The notes under the pieces: generated by a model
What the model was told of the DNA's origin: nothing
Database searches by the model: none
Seen by the model: the letters and a program-made list of their open reading frames with translations, nothing else
Assembly (NCBI GenBank): GCA_964016885.1
Contig: OZ024759.1
Coordinates: forward strand, 13,454,001-13,518,000
Length of the DNA stretch: 64,000 bases
Source: Eledone cirrhosa
Taxonomy: Eukaryota
Direction: 5' to 3'
Program-made: the position numbers and the translations under genes
Shown here: positions 11,573-23,200 of the stretch, one piece after another
Layout of the letters: each line of letters opens with the position of its first letter
How positions within the stretch are numbered: the stretch's first letter is position 1

Positions 11573-11575
11573 TTA

Positions 11576-11885
11576 TTGGCGAGTCTGGTCCGAGTGAACA
11601 GGCCCGCTCTGAGTATGCACCTGTAGACTGAGAAGTGGAAAAACTGAGAGAGGGCCCTGGTGGTCAGGGTGGCTGTGGTCTTTTGTGTGGTTTTCGCCAC
11701 GAGTGACCCTCGGAAGTTTCCCCCCTATTGGGGAATTTTTTGTTGTTTGAATTTTTTTGATATTTCTGTCTTGTTATAACCTTTTTTTTACACGGCCAAA
11801 ACCCACATTGCATCGTCCTGTACCATTCTATGCCATCTGTAATGTTTTTCTTCATGTTAGCCCTTGTGGCCAATAAAGAAACCAT
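11576..11885 (+). mobile_element. Tx1-like LINE extreme 3' end
   Basis: ASLVRVNRPALSMHL* and the tail CCTTGTGGCCAATAAAGAAA resemble the end of the element at 37010-38020. Confidence 0.6.
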
Positions 11886-12055
11886 TATTGTTATTATTAT
11901 TATTATTGGAGTCTCAGTCATTGATGTTATTTAACTGGAAAGTTTGTTCAAATGAACATCAAGCCACTACCTGCAGTCTCAGATATTCAGGACGTATCGG
12001 AGGGTTCTTGCTGTTCCCAGCAAGCATGCCTTTTGAAGTGTTCCAAAAAAGGAAA
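11886..12055 (-). mobile_element. R4/Dong-like non-LTR element 3' end
   Basis: Minus strand encodes LQKACLLGTARTLRYVLNI*, then a short UTR ending in (AAT)n. Confidence 0.65.
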
Positions 12056-12531
12056 TTATCCTACAGAAAGTACTGTTTATCTGGGGTTACATAACTTGAC
12101 AGGGAGTCAATTAAACAATCCAGTGTTAATAAGATCATCGAAATAAACCCTACAGGCATGGAAGTGCCAGCAGCCAGGCCTGTCCGAGATGCGCGCAGCG
12201 CGATGAATCTGTCCTGCACGCACTTGTCCAGTGTCCGAGCATCGCAGACTAAAATATACCCTAAAATACACCCAGTACACTCTGTAAAATGGTAGTTCTA
12301 GGGCCACAATAAGCCTGTTTATCAGTTTTTGATCAATAATTATCCATATAACATCTAATTATAAAAATCAATATTTACCATTGAAATGATTGACAGGGGT
12401 TGATAAAATAAAGTACCAATAACGAACTGGGGTTCGATTTAATCAACTTTCCCTCCCCCAAAATTGTTGGCCTTGTGCTTAAATCAGAAACCAATGTTAT
12501 TATTTTTCTATTTTCTCTTCTTTCTCTTCAG

Positions 12532-12688
12532 CCGTTCTAAACACTATCGACTAATCAATGTAGAAGACAAGACCACCGATGATTTTGATTTGTTACGCAG
12601 CCATAAAGTTGGTATCAATCTTTTGGATGACCCTGATATTCAGAATGCCATACGCAAGTCTGTCAGCCTTGAGGAAATTACCCATCCT
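12532..12688 (+). CDS. DENND1: Penultimate exon of probable DENND1/connecdenn
   Basis: Strong polypyrimidine-CAG acceptor and CCT|GTAAGA donor. RSKHYRLI...GINLLDD...SVSLEEI parallels the YRTL, IDLLED and AKSLEDL motifs of DENND1A (from memory). Confidence 0.75.
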
Positions 12689-12734
12689 GTAAGACTACTA
12701 CTATATACTATTACTATATACTGCTGCTACTATG

Positions 12735-12945
12735 CTAAAATAAATCCAGTACACTCTGTAAAGTGGTAGTGATGGTGCCATGCTAAAATACACCCAGTAC
12801 ACTCTGTAAAGTGCTAGTGCTGGTACTATGATAAAATACACCCAGTACACTCTGTAAAGTGGTAGTGTTGGTGCCATGCTAAAATAAATCCAGTACACTC
12901 TGTAAAGTGGTAGTTTTGGTTCCATGCACCCAGTACACTCTGTGG
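12735..12945. repeat. 48-bp SINE-module tandem, ~4.5 copies
   Basis: AAAATACACCCAGTACACTCTGTAAAGTGGTAGTGTTGGTGCCATGCT units. Confidence 0.85.
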
Positions 12946-13319
12946 CAGTTCTAGGGCTGCAATAAGCTTGTTTATCAGTTTTTGATCAATAATTATCCAT
13001 GTAACGTCTACTTATGAACATCAATATTTACCATTGAACTGATTGGTAGAATTGACAGATCATTGGATAAAATATCATTGTGAGATCAACATTTGTCTTT
13101 TATTGTGCTGGGGTTGATAAAGATAAAGTACCAGTTATATATTGGGACAGATTTAATCAAATTTGCTGCCCTTGTGCCTAATTTCAAAATCAATAATCAT
13201 AAAGCATAGTTATGAAGATCAATACTTATCTTCAAAGATTAGTCAGAAACAGCTTTAAAATTCAAATTTTAAACTTCTGAATTTAAACTTTTAAATTCGA
13301 TGTATTTGGACTGTTGAGC

Positions 13320-13590
13320 TCCTCCTCAAGATCTGCCACATTGAGGAAGGATACGAGGTGGGGTGGCTGTTGCAGTGGGTGTCACTGGCCATTGTCCATG
13401 GGGCGCAGACTCAACACCACCACACCCTTCCCCCTCCCCATTCTTCTGTGACACTAGAACCTTTGCCTTTCCCTTTTATTTTCCATTTTCATAACCATAA
13501 AAGACACTTGAATATTCATTGTATCTCTGTGTTGTGTATTGAGTACTGTTTTTATTTGCTTATATGTTCAATATTTGAATAAACATTATG
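13320..13590 (+). mobile_element. CRE-clade retrotransposon 3' remnant
   Basis: WLLQWVSLAIVHG resembles the terminal WLxQRLSxAxxRGN motif; ends at AATAAA. Confidence 0.45.
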
Positions 13591-13649
13591 AAATCTTTAA
13601 AAAAACTTTCTAATAAAAATTTTAAACCCTTAAATTTAGAATTCTAATC

Positions 13650-13975
13650 TCTTAAATTTAAAATTTTAATCTTCTAAATTTAAAATTTTAATCTTCTAAA
13701 TTAAAATTTTAATCTTCTAAATTAAAATTTTAATCTTCTAAATTTAAAATTTTAATCTTCTAAATTTAAAATTTTAATCTTCTAAATTTAAAATTTTAAT
13801 CTTCTAAATTTAAAATTTTAATCTTCTAAATTTAAAATTTTAATCTTCTAAATTAAAATTTTAATCTTCTAAATTAAAATTTTAATCTTCTAAATTTAAA
13901 ATTTTAATCTTCTAAATTTAAAATTTTAATCTTCTAAATTTAAAATTTTAATCTTCTAAATTAAAATTTTTCAAC
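13650..13975. repeat. 21/22-bp AT-rich minisatellite (AAAATTTTAATCTTCTAAATT[T])
   Basis: About 14 tandem copies just upstream of the 14031 acceptor. Confidence 0.9.
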
Positions 13976-14030
13976 TTTTAATTTTTATATTCTTTTTAAT
14001 TTAAATTTTTTGTTCTTGGTTATATTTCAG

Positions 14031-15251
14031 AGAGAAGAAAGTGATGTGTCATCAGTGGAGAGTGGTAGTGGCACACCGTCGGAAGGTGCCCAGTTTTCCT
14101 ATGTTGACCTGACCACAATTGATGAATCAGTAGAGTTAGCCAGTGCTGGAAGTAAAACCTTGCCTTCGATCAGTCGACAATGGTCAACACCAAACCATAC
14201 CCCTCTGTTTTCAATGGATAAACCCTCGACTGTTGTCAATATAGAACAATGGCAGTCTTTTGACTCACCTGAGAAGAAACCTCCTGAAATAATTCACAGT
14301 TCTCCTCATCTTTGTCCTTTGATACCCCCTCGAACATCTTCTGGTGTTGCAGTTGCTGCAACAAAGTCCAGTTTTCAGGAGAACGACCACGATGTGAGCA
14401 AAGTAACTGTTAAAGGTCGTTCACCAATTCCCCCTGCAATTCCTCCTCGGCCATCTGCCAAGGCTATTGCAGCTTTTCAGGACAACTTTGCTCCTGATTT
14501 ACCCCCTCGGGGTAAGAGGGCTGGCTCAGATTTTATGAAGTTTGAGGAAAATATTTCATTTGATCCATTTCAAGATAATTCACCACCCACTTCTTTGGCT
14601 GGCCCAGAGAGTGCTCCAACAACAACAACAGCAGCATCTACAACAAAAACAATAGCTTTAAAAGGACCTCCTGAAAAAACGAATCTAAGACGAAAGTCTA
14701 TTTCTCGAACGCCAGCATTCCGTCGTATCAAACAAAACTCTGCCAATGCTTCCTCGGAGCCTAGCGAGGCTGCAGATGATGAAGCCGAGAATGTGAAATC
14801 TAGTGACCCCACTTTAATGTTTGACCCCCTTGTTGCCAATGACGATAGTCTGGTGGTTAACTCCATTGTACAAGACCAATGTAAAACAGAAAAGTCCGAA
14901 GATGAAGAATTATTACGTGACTGGGACTTTCATAAGAAGACATCTTACAACTGTATTTCGGCTGTTCCATCTGTGGTGACCTCACGATCCTCTGTTTCAG
15001 CTGTCCCCGCTACTCCGTTCTTCCCGCCCTCTCTTCATTCTTCCTCCTCTACTCCTGCTTCAACGTCTCCCCAACTCCGGTGTAAGTCAGCAAATGCCAG
15101 AGATTATAGTCAGCTCAATCGACAACGTACAATTGAAGTTGACACGTCCCAAAGAGCACCAACTGACCTCTTCGCTGACCTTGTTAACCTTCATCGGAGC
15201 AAAAGCCGAACTCCTTCTCCACAGCCAAGATCGTGGAAAGCTTTTCAGTAG
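14031..15251 (+). CDS. DENND1: Terminal exon of probable DENND1/connecdenn (Rab35 GEF family); disordered Ser/Pro-rich tail
   Basis: TTTCAG acceptor in phase 0 and 406 open codons. AP-2-binding motifs FxDxF (FQDNF), DPF and a C-terminal WxxF (WKAF); PxxPxR motifs; AATAAA at 15379 and 15392. Confidence 0.8.
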   Translation, partial: REESDVSSVESGSGTPSEGAQFSYVDLTTIDESVELASAGSKTLPSISRQWSTPNHTPLFSMDKPSTVVNIEQWQSFDSPEKKPPEIIHSSPHLCPLIPPRTSSGVAVAATKSSFQENDHDVSKVTVKGRSPIPPAIPPRPSAKAIAAFQDNFAPDLPPRGKRAGSDFMKFEENISFDPFQDNSPPTSLAGPESAPTTTTAASTTKTIALKGPPEKTNLRRKSISRTPAFRRIKQNSANASSEPSEAADDEAENVKSSDPTLMFDPLVANDDSLVVNSIVQDQCKTEKSEDEELLRDWDFHKKTSYNCISAVPSVVTSRSSVSAVPATPFFPPSLHSSSSTPASTSPQLRCKSANARDYSQLNRQRTIEVDTSQRAPTDLFADLVNLHRSKSRTPSPQPRSWKAFQ

Positions 15252-15457
15252 AGCATGTTAATGTTGTTTTTTTTTTGTTTGTTTGTAACTTTTTTGTTTT
15301 TAACAAATTAATGTTGATAATCAATTCAGGTGTTTTACCTGATTTATTAACAATGGAGAACATAATTGACAGAAATTGAATAAAATAGTGAAATAAAATT
15401 TTCAAGGTTTTCAGATTAAATTTGATAAAAACAAACAACATATATTTGAAGATTTAA

Positions 15458-15640
15458 CCCTTTAGGATTTACATTACTCTATATATACTATTGGATTTTT
15501 GTGTTAAAGGCTTTACCTTACATAATATCGAATCTATGAGATTTTGAGAACAATACCTTAACAGCAGTATAAGTAGCCAGTTTGAATAGAATAACATGAG
15601 AGAATTCTGGCCAGATATGTCCAGTATAAATGCTAAAGGG
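15458..15640 (-). mobile_element. piggyBac-type MITE, same family as 4571-4778
   Basis: TTAA flanks at 15454-15457 and 15641-15644; inverted homology. Confidence 0.85.
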
Positions 15641-15828
15641 TTAAGATGTTATTTTGACATTTTTATAGCTGCTTATAAGAACTCTTAACATCACCATTTA
15701 ATGCCCAGTTTTCCATGCTAGCATGGGTTAGACGAGTTTTCCCATTCTTAAACAAGCCTGATCAGGTTACCGTTTGTTGCTTTTGCTGTACACATTTACA
15801 GTATGTACTGGGTAGTTTTACATTCCTG

Positions 15829-16750
15829 TCACCAACACAACCACCTTACAGGGTAGACTGGGTAGTTTTCATCATGTCACTAACACAACCACCTTACAGG
15901 GTAGACTGGGTAGTTTTCATCATGTCACCAACACAACCACCTTACAGGGTAGACTGGGTAATCTTCATCATGTCACCAACACAACCACCTTACAGGGTAG
16001 ACTGGGTAATCTTCATCATGTCACCAACACAACCACCTTACAGGGTAGACTGGGTAGTTTTCATCATGTCACCAACACAACCACCTTACAGGGTAGACTG
16101 GGTAGTTTTCATCATGTCACCAACACAACCACCTTACAGGGTAGACTGGGCAATCTTCATCATGTCACTAACACAACCACCTTACAGGGTAGACTGGGTA
16201 GTTTTCATCATGTCACCAACACAACCACCTTACAGGGTAGACTGGGTAGTTTTCATCATGTCACCAACACAACCACCTTACAGGGTAGACTGGGTAGTTT
16301 TCATCATGTCACCAACACAACCACCTTACAGGGTAGACTGGGTAGTTTTCATCATGTCACCAACACAACCACCTTACAGGGTAGACTGGGCAATCTTCAT
16401 CATGTCACCAACACAACCACCTTACAGGGTAGACTGGGTAGTTTTACATTCCTGTCACCAACACAACCACCTTACAGGGTAGACTGGGTAGTTTTCATCA
16501 TGTCACCAACACAACCACCTTACAGGGTAGACTGGGTAGTTTTCATCATGTCACCAACACAACCACCTTACAGGGTAGACTGGGTAGTTTTCATCATGTC
16601 ACCAACACAACCACCTTACAGGGTAGACTGGGTAGTTTTACATTCCTGTCACCAACACAACCACCTTACAGGGTAGACTGGGTAGTTTTCATCATGTCAC
16701 CAACACAACCACCTTACAGGGTAGACTGGGCAATCTTCATCATGTCACCA
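15829..16750. repeat. 48-bp minisatellite inside a SINE remnant, ~19 copies
   Basis: Unit TCACCAACACAACCACCTTACAGGGTAGACTGGGTAGTTTTCATCATG, preceded by the SINE tail CCATGCTAGCATGGGTTAGACG. Confidence 0.95.
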
Positions 16751-16888
16751 AAACCATCAATTCCTATTAATTCTACAACAAATATATTCTCTCTCCCCTC
16801 TAATGCCACCAACAAAATATTTAAGTATATACATATTTATATGTGTGTGTATATGTATACATTACTCTCACATGGGTGTATATCTATA

Positions 16889-16948
<60 letters not shown>

Positions 16949-17863
16949 CACACACAGGTGTGTATATATGTATATTTATATATATATTCACACACACGCG
17001 TGTGCACGCACGAAAATTATAAGTTTAATTTTTGATATAGTAGGGAAAGAGTCTTAACGGTAGTCCTTCATCAGAACATAGAAGAAGAGATAGAAAGATA
17101 GAGGGGGATTTGGGTCCGTCCCTCAATCTGCTAGAAATAGGAGCTAAGTTCTATCTCGAATTATATTAATTCTACCAAATTCTTTGTTGGCCAAGTCGAG
17201 AACATACGTTAAAGTTATCGTCCAACCGGCTAGAAAAAGCAGCCAGATTATATTCAACAAATGAATACAACTTTAACTGTAAGAAGGACTAATTGACTCA
17301 GTAGTTTTGCAAATGTACGTGGTGCTACACGCTACATTTCTGACTTCCACTTCTATGGACTTAACTGTCTTCGTGTTTAAAGTTGGTATTTTCTACTACT
17401 TAAGTTACCTCCCCTTCTTTCGTTTCTAGAGAAGAAACTTTGTTTCTTATTCTTAAGATTTTATTTATTTTCGATTTCATCCTACCTCCTTCTACACAAC
17501 TGAGTTAATCTGAAGGTAAGTTAAACAGGTAATACGAAAATCGTTACACCGGTGACATAATTAACTTTACACCGGTACGTTGAAAGCCATTTTGTGTGTG
17601 TATATAACGTTTACGTAAAGAGGTATGTAATTTATGATTTGTAGCTTCCCAAGAAAATATTTTACACTGTTCCCACATACGGGGTCCTTCTTGTTGTTGT
17701 ATATCAAGTATATTTCTACACTTGTATATTGATAAATCTCTGTATACTGTCACCCCCTACTGTTCACAAGAGGTGTGTTACAACTAACTGGCCGGCGTTG
17801 GTTACACACGCACACGCACACACACACACACACACACAGACAGAGAGGCGTGATAAGAGGTGT

Positions 17864-18848
17864 CTTCTTCGCTCACTTATTCCTGAGAGGGTCGTGGAGG
17901 AAGAGTCCTCAAACACTCCCTCCAGCGGGTCCTGTCAGAAGCAACTATCTCCATCTGATCCGGCTGGATCCCCTAGCATGACCAGCCAAGCTCATGGATG
18001 TTATCCAACCATCTTCCTCGGGGTCTACCCTTTGGTCTCCTACCTGTCGGTTTTGCCCATAAAATCTGTCCAAAGATTCTTTCTTGAGACATACTAACCA
18101 CATTCCCATAGTATCGGAGCTGTGATTTCTCAATTCTGAGAAGTAGTGCCTCTACCTGGAGCGCTCTATCGAGTAACATTACTCCAAAGTCCCTTCGAGG
18201 GAAACCCATTTCAGCCGCTTGTATTCACAGTCGTATTCTTTCAGTCATTACCCAAGATTCATGACCATAGGTAAGAGTTGACATGAATATCAAACTGAAG
18301 ACAGCGAGTTTGGCTTTTACCCCTACCTCCCTTCTGATTACTGAGCTGATGCTGGCGCATTACTGTACCAGCTCCTGCAATCCTTGCATTTAATTCAGCC
18401 TCCTGCCTTCCATAACTCATGAACACGGCCCCGAGATACTTAAACTTCTCTACCTGCTTCAGTGGAACTCCATTCACATGTAGCGTGCACTGCACAGGCT
18501 TCCTTGAGAAGATGAGTGTCTCAGTTTTCGAACCACTGATTTTCATTCCAGCCATTGGCATCAAACCTATCAAGTGCAAGTCGAAGATCAACTTCTGCCG
18601 AGTTAAGTAACACCATGTCGTCTGCCAATTCCAGCCGAATGATTCTACACCTGCCAGTCGTGATACCACTTCCAACTTGCTGTGGAAGGCTGTACAGGAG
18701 TATGGGATTGAGGGTCAGCTTCTTGCTGCCCTGATGCCTCCAATCGAATGAACGAGTATTTGTGTTCAGATAAATGGTATTAAATTGAAAACATTCAATG
18801 TGGGAGTTGGACTCCACCAAGGGTGCGTACTGTCACCTCTTCCTGTTC
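17864..18848 (-). mobile_element. RTE LINE fragment with inverted 5' segment
   Basis: Minus strand has LADD...LKQVEKFKYLG...RPRGRWLDNI. 18665-18848 reads RT motifs (GVGLHQGCVLSP) on the plus strand. 11-bp TSD ATAAGAGGTGT at 17853 and 18849. Confidence 0.85.
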
Positions 18849-18913
18849 ATAAGAGGTGTGACACAACTAATTGGCCTTCGTAAGTTACACATGCACACAA
18901 ATATATATACATG

Positions 18914-19292
18914 GAGGCACATGGCTTGCAATGGAGCATTGGGCTTGCAATCGAAAGGTTGTGAGTTCAATTCTCAGACTGGGTGATGTTGTTTCCTTGA
19001 GCAAGACACTTTATTTCACATTGCTCCAGTTTACTCAGCTGTAGAAATGAGATAGGACTGGAGTCCCTATCATTCCACTGCAAAGTGGTTGTGGAGGTGC
19101 CACAGCAAAAAAGCACCCAGCCCACACTGTAAATGAGGTTGGTGTTAGGAAGGGCATCCAACTGTAGAAATCAAGCCAGAATCAGTTCCCGTATGAGCAA
19201 AACAAGGACAGCCGACTTGACACTGCCCACAACAGGACAACCTGTTTAACCCATGCTAGCGTGGAAGATCGGACATAAATCGGTGATGATGA
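18914..19292 (+). mobile_element. tRNA-derived SINE, near full length
   Basis: Same head and core as 8829-9128; tail AACCCATGCTAGCGTGGAAGATCGGAC...(GAT)n. Confidence 0.85.
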
Positions 19293-19358
19293 TTGTGATA
19301 CTAATAAGACTTTTTCTATATCTGTGTTTGTCTTGTCAATACTTGAACTCTAGATGTA

Positions 19359-19405
<47 letters not shown>

Positions 19406-19679
19406 ATTTGACAATTATGAAGTCAGCGGGCAGGAGGGTTAAGATAAAGAAAAGGTAATATGAAATCTTTACACCTGTCACATAATATTTTACACCGCTA
19501 TTTTAAAAACCAAGTATATAAAATTTTATTTGTCGCGTATGTTAGGATATGGTTTTTTAAAGTTATAGAACCCTTCCTAAACATGTTATGTTAAGAATAT
19601 ATATACCAGACACTGCCACCTAAAACAATGAAGGACACTGTCAACGATGTAGTGTGAGTTATACTAACACAGGATTGTC

Positions 19680-20490
19680 ATTATCATCATCATTTTACGT
19701 CCGCTTTTCCCTGCTTGCAAGGGTGGGACGGGCCCTATTCAGCACAGCATATCTCCAATCGTCATCTCCTTTGTCAGCTTCAGCGATCTGTGGTCAGCTC
19801 TCACCACCTCCGCCCATGTTTTTCCTGGTCTTCCTCTACTGCATCTTCCTTCTACTGGGATTTCTTGGTACTTCTTCACCCATCGGTCATCCTCCATGCG
19901 CATCACATGTCCATACCATCTCAGTCTTCTCTCCCGCACACTACAACTTATCCCTCTTATACACAGTTTCTCTCTCAACTCATCTATGCTTGGTCATTCA
20001 CGCACATTGACATTGTACATGCAACGGAGCATGCTTGCTTCATTTCTCTCCAGCTGTCGCATATCCTCTGCAGATGCTGCCCATGTCTCACTTCCATGCA
20101 GCATCGTGCATCTCACACAGGCATCGTATAACCAGCTTTTCGTACACAGGTAGAAACCCTTCTTTGTCAGCAGAGGAAGCAGCTCTCCAAACTTCTTGCA
20201 ACCCGTCCTTATTCTAGATACTATGGCCTTGGAACAGCCCCCTCCCCCTAATCTGATCACCTAGGTACCGGAAGCTATCCACCACTTCTATAGAACCCAC
20301 CTGCATTGGAAAAATGTGTCTATCACTGCGACTTCTTCTGTCAAATTTCCCTGTACATCCACTGCATATGTAGTTTTCCCTGCTATCCCACTACATCTCT
20401 TGTGTACCCAAGATCTGCATTGTGTACATTTTATAGAATTTATGCTGGAATGTCAAAATACATGTTCCTGCCTGGTCTCAGACCACACTA
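19680..20490 (-). mobile_element. RTE LINE 3' fragment
   Basis: MLHGSETW...RRLRWYGHVMRM...RGRPGKTW in broken frames; (GAT)n tail. Confidence 0.9.
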
Positions 20491-21419
20491 AGGCTTTTAT
20501 TTTTTTTTTTCAGAGTTAACTCCTTTGCAGATAGTGAAGTTATTCTAATTTCTTAGCCACCTTTCCCCGGTGACAACAAAAGTCCCTAGTCCACCATGTA
20601 ATGTTCTCTTGGTGTCATGACAAAAGAGCACTGAGTCCTTTGTTAGGTAATGACAAAACATTTAACTCTCCCTGCAGGGTGGTCGTACTGGTGACATGAC
20701 AGGAGCTACCCAGCCAACCCTGTAAAGTGGTATGACGGGGAGCACCCATCCTGTCATTTAAGGTGGTCTTGATGTTGACACAACAAAAGCACCCTGTCCA
20801 CTCTATAGGGTGGTTTTGTGAGTGATACAAAACTATAAATGCAATGATTTTAACATGACAAAAGCACCCAGCCTAAATTTATGAAGTAGCCGTGTTGGAT
20901 ACATGATAAAAGGCACCCAGTCCACACTGTAAATGTAGTGGGCATTAGGAAGGGCATCCAGCTGTAAAAACCAAACCAGAAACGGTTCTCTGTGAGCAAG
21001 ACAGTTATCTGATCTGACTAGTCTCACAACCCATCTAGTCCATGATAGCCTGGAAAATAGATGTTAACAGTGATGATGATGGTATACATATACAGCGGGA
21101 GGACCCTTCAGTCATTTCAAGGGTATGACAGCCTTCCAAGTGTTTGGTGATCTACACAATAAATGCACGCAGTACATGCTGTAAAGTGGTTGGTGATAGG
21201 AAGGGCACTCAACCATAGAAAGATTGCCAACGAATGTGTTGTGAGGACCTTTATTTGTGTCAGACATGACAACCTCTCCTGTGCACTCAGTAAAGTGTGA
21301 GACAGCAGATCCCTGGCTTGCGGGAGATCAGTAGCCACCACTTCTGTACTGACTTGGTCTATGTAGACCAATCCAACCCTTTCTAGAAGGGCAAGCAGAC
21401 ATTAAAACGTTGACTCACA

Positions 21420-23200
21420 TACATGGAGGCTGAGGCGCTGAGCTACTGCAATGCGAGTGCATTCATCATCAAGAAGGTACCAGTTAATGATGAGGGCACT
21501 GAATTGTGCCATGTAACCAACTGCAGTTTAGCTGCATTGTGGAGTGGAGATGGTGTTGGTCCAAGGAAGTCTCAATCTGCCCGAAGGAAGACCTGCACTT
21601 GATGTCTTCCCAGTTCCCAGGATACATCAGGTTCTTTCATGTTGTGGAGGATCTCACAACCAAAGGAGATAGGCCGGCAGTGCCAGGTCTGAGATGGATC
21701 AGAGGCCGAGGCCATCTAATTTCTCAGGGAGTTTCACCTGTTGCCAGCCAACACTAACATTGCACATGTGTTCAGCATGAAATGGTGGTTTTAAATTCAA
21801 CGAGGGTTTTCTGCTGAAGAGTGACAAGGTGCACCCGTGGTGTGAAGAGGGCAATGAAGTTTCTTTGGAGGAATAGTGCATCAGTGTGGTGCCATCTATC
21901 TGTCATCCTTAGCAGGTCTGCAGGCACTCTGGTATGTCTTCTGGGTGGATTGGAGATCCAAGAATGCAGATAGCACAGCCAAGCCCCAGTCAGGATGTGC
22001 AGCTGGATGCTGAGTATAGTGTCTTGAAAATTAGTTGTGCTGTAGCTGACATTTACGAGCTTAGATAGGTTGATTTCAAGTACTAGGAGCTTTAGGGCTG
22101 AAGATCCTCAACTCAGAGTTACATCAGCTGGTACCAGATATTGAAGGATGAACAGACTGAATGAGAAATGTCATCGACAGCCAGAGCAAAGAGTAGCTGG
22201 TCACCCTGCTGGATACATGTAGCAGAAGTGACCTTGTTGTCAACAGCCATGAGTGTGCTGGGTGTCCCATAGGAGAGGCATGGATGGGAGGTGTAGTGAG
22301 AGTCTCTAAGATATGATCCCACCTAACACTGTTAGCAGGCAGGGTGACAAATGAGGCATGTGCTCTATGTTGTGTCTGACTGCACGGGTAGCTCCCTCAC
22401 ATAGCTGCTATTTCGAGCTAGACATGGTTTAGTGCTTTGCTCAGGTCATCCCTATCTGACCTGCAGACTATCATGGCAGCAAGACGTTGCCCACCGTAAC
22501 TGGATGGATGCTTCTATCATTCTTCTTCAATGTAGTCAGGTTGACTGAGAAGAGAAGATCTCTGGCATGGCAGCATGGAGAAGACTGTCAGAGCAGTGAT
22601 AGACTGGAGCTGATTTACTCCTACTTCAGTAGAGTGTGGTGAGATTAGATCTCTAAGGTGGTCGGCTTTTAGGCCATCTACTCTGCTACCTGGAAAAGAT
22701 CTTGGGGAAGTTACCATGTTTTTACTGGATGCAGTCAATGTTGGGGGAATTCCGGATATTGATTTGGATGTACAATGTCAACCGAGCATGTGTACTGCAG
22801 CAGAACCATTCCTTTCAATCAGCTTGTGATTGGCTCTGACATGGAACCTTTTGCACAATTGGAGAAAGACTGCATGCATGGTATTGGTGCTGGTGTGCAG
22901 CGAGAGGTTAGTTGGTTGTGGAAGGAAGTGGGAGGGGACCAAACACCCCACTGCCATCAAGATTCTTAGAATGAGCGTAAAAAACTGAATTTATTCCAGT
23001 CATGTTGGTAGCGAATGCCTAGTTGATGGACAATGCCTGTGTGGGCAGCCTGACAATGAGTCTCTGTGGCAGGATATCACTACCAATACCTCATTTGGGT
23101 TTAGCAGTATGAAATCCACATTGAGCCATGTCCCTATGTCCAGCTGTGAAATTGTGAGGGTTATTCCATTACAGGCAGTGCCACCGATAGAAGGATCTCA
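21420..23200 (-). mobile_element. Decayed CRE-clade non-LTR retrotransposon
   Basis: Fragments SFPGSRVDGLKADHLRDLI and IQQGD..LLFALAVDDISHSVCSSFNIWY (RT motifs), with many stops and frameshifts. Confidence 0.6.

Noticed and set aside
15715-16482. 255-aa repeat protein (also 52687-53645)
   Set aside because: Open only because the SINE-derived unit is 48 bp and lacks stops in that frame.
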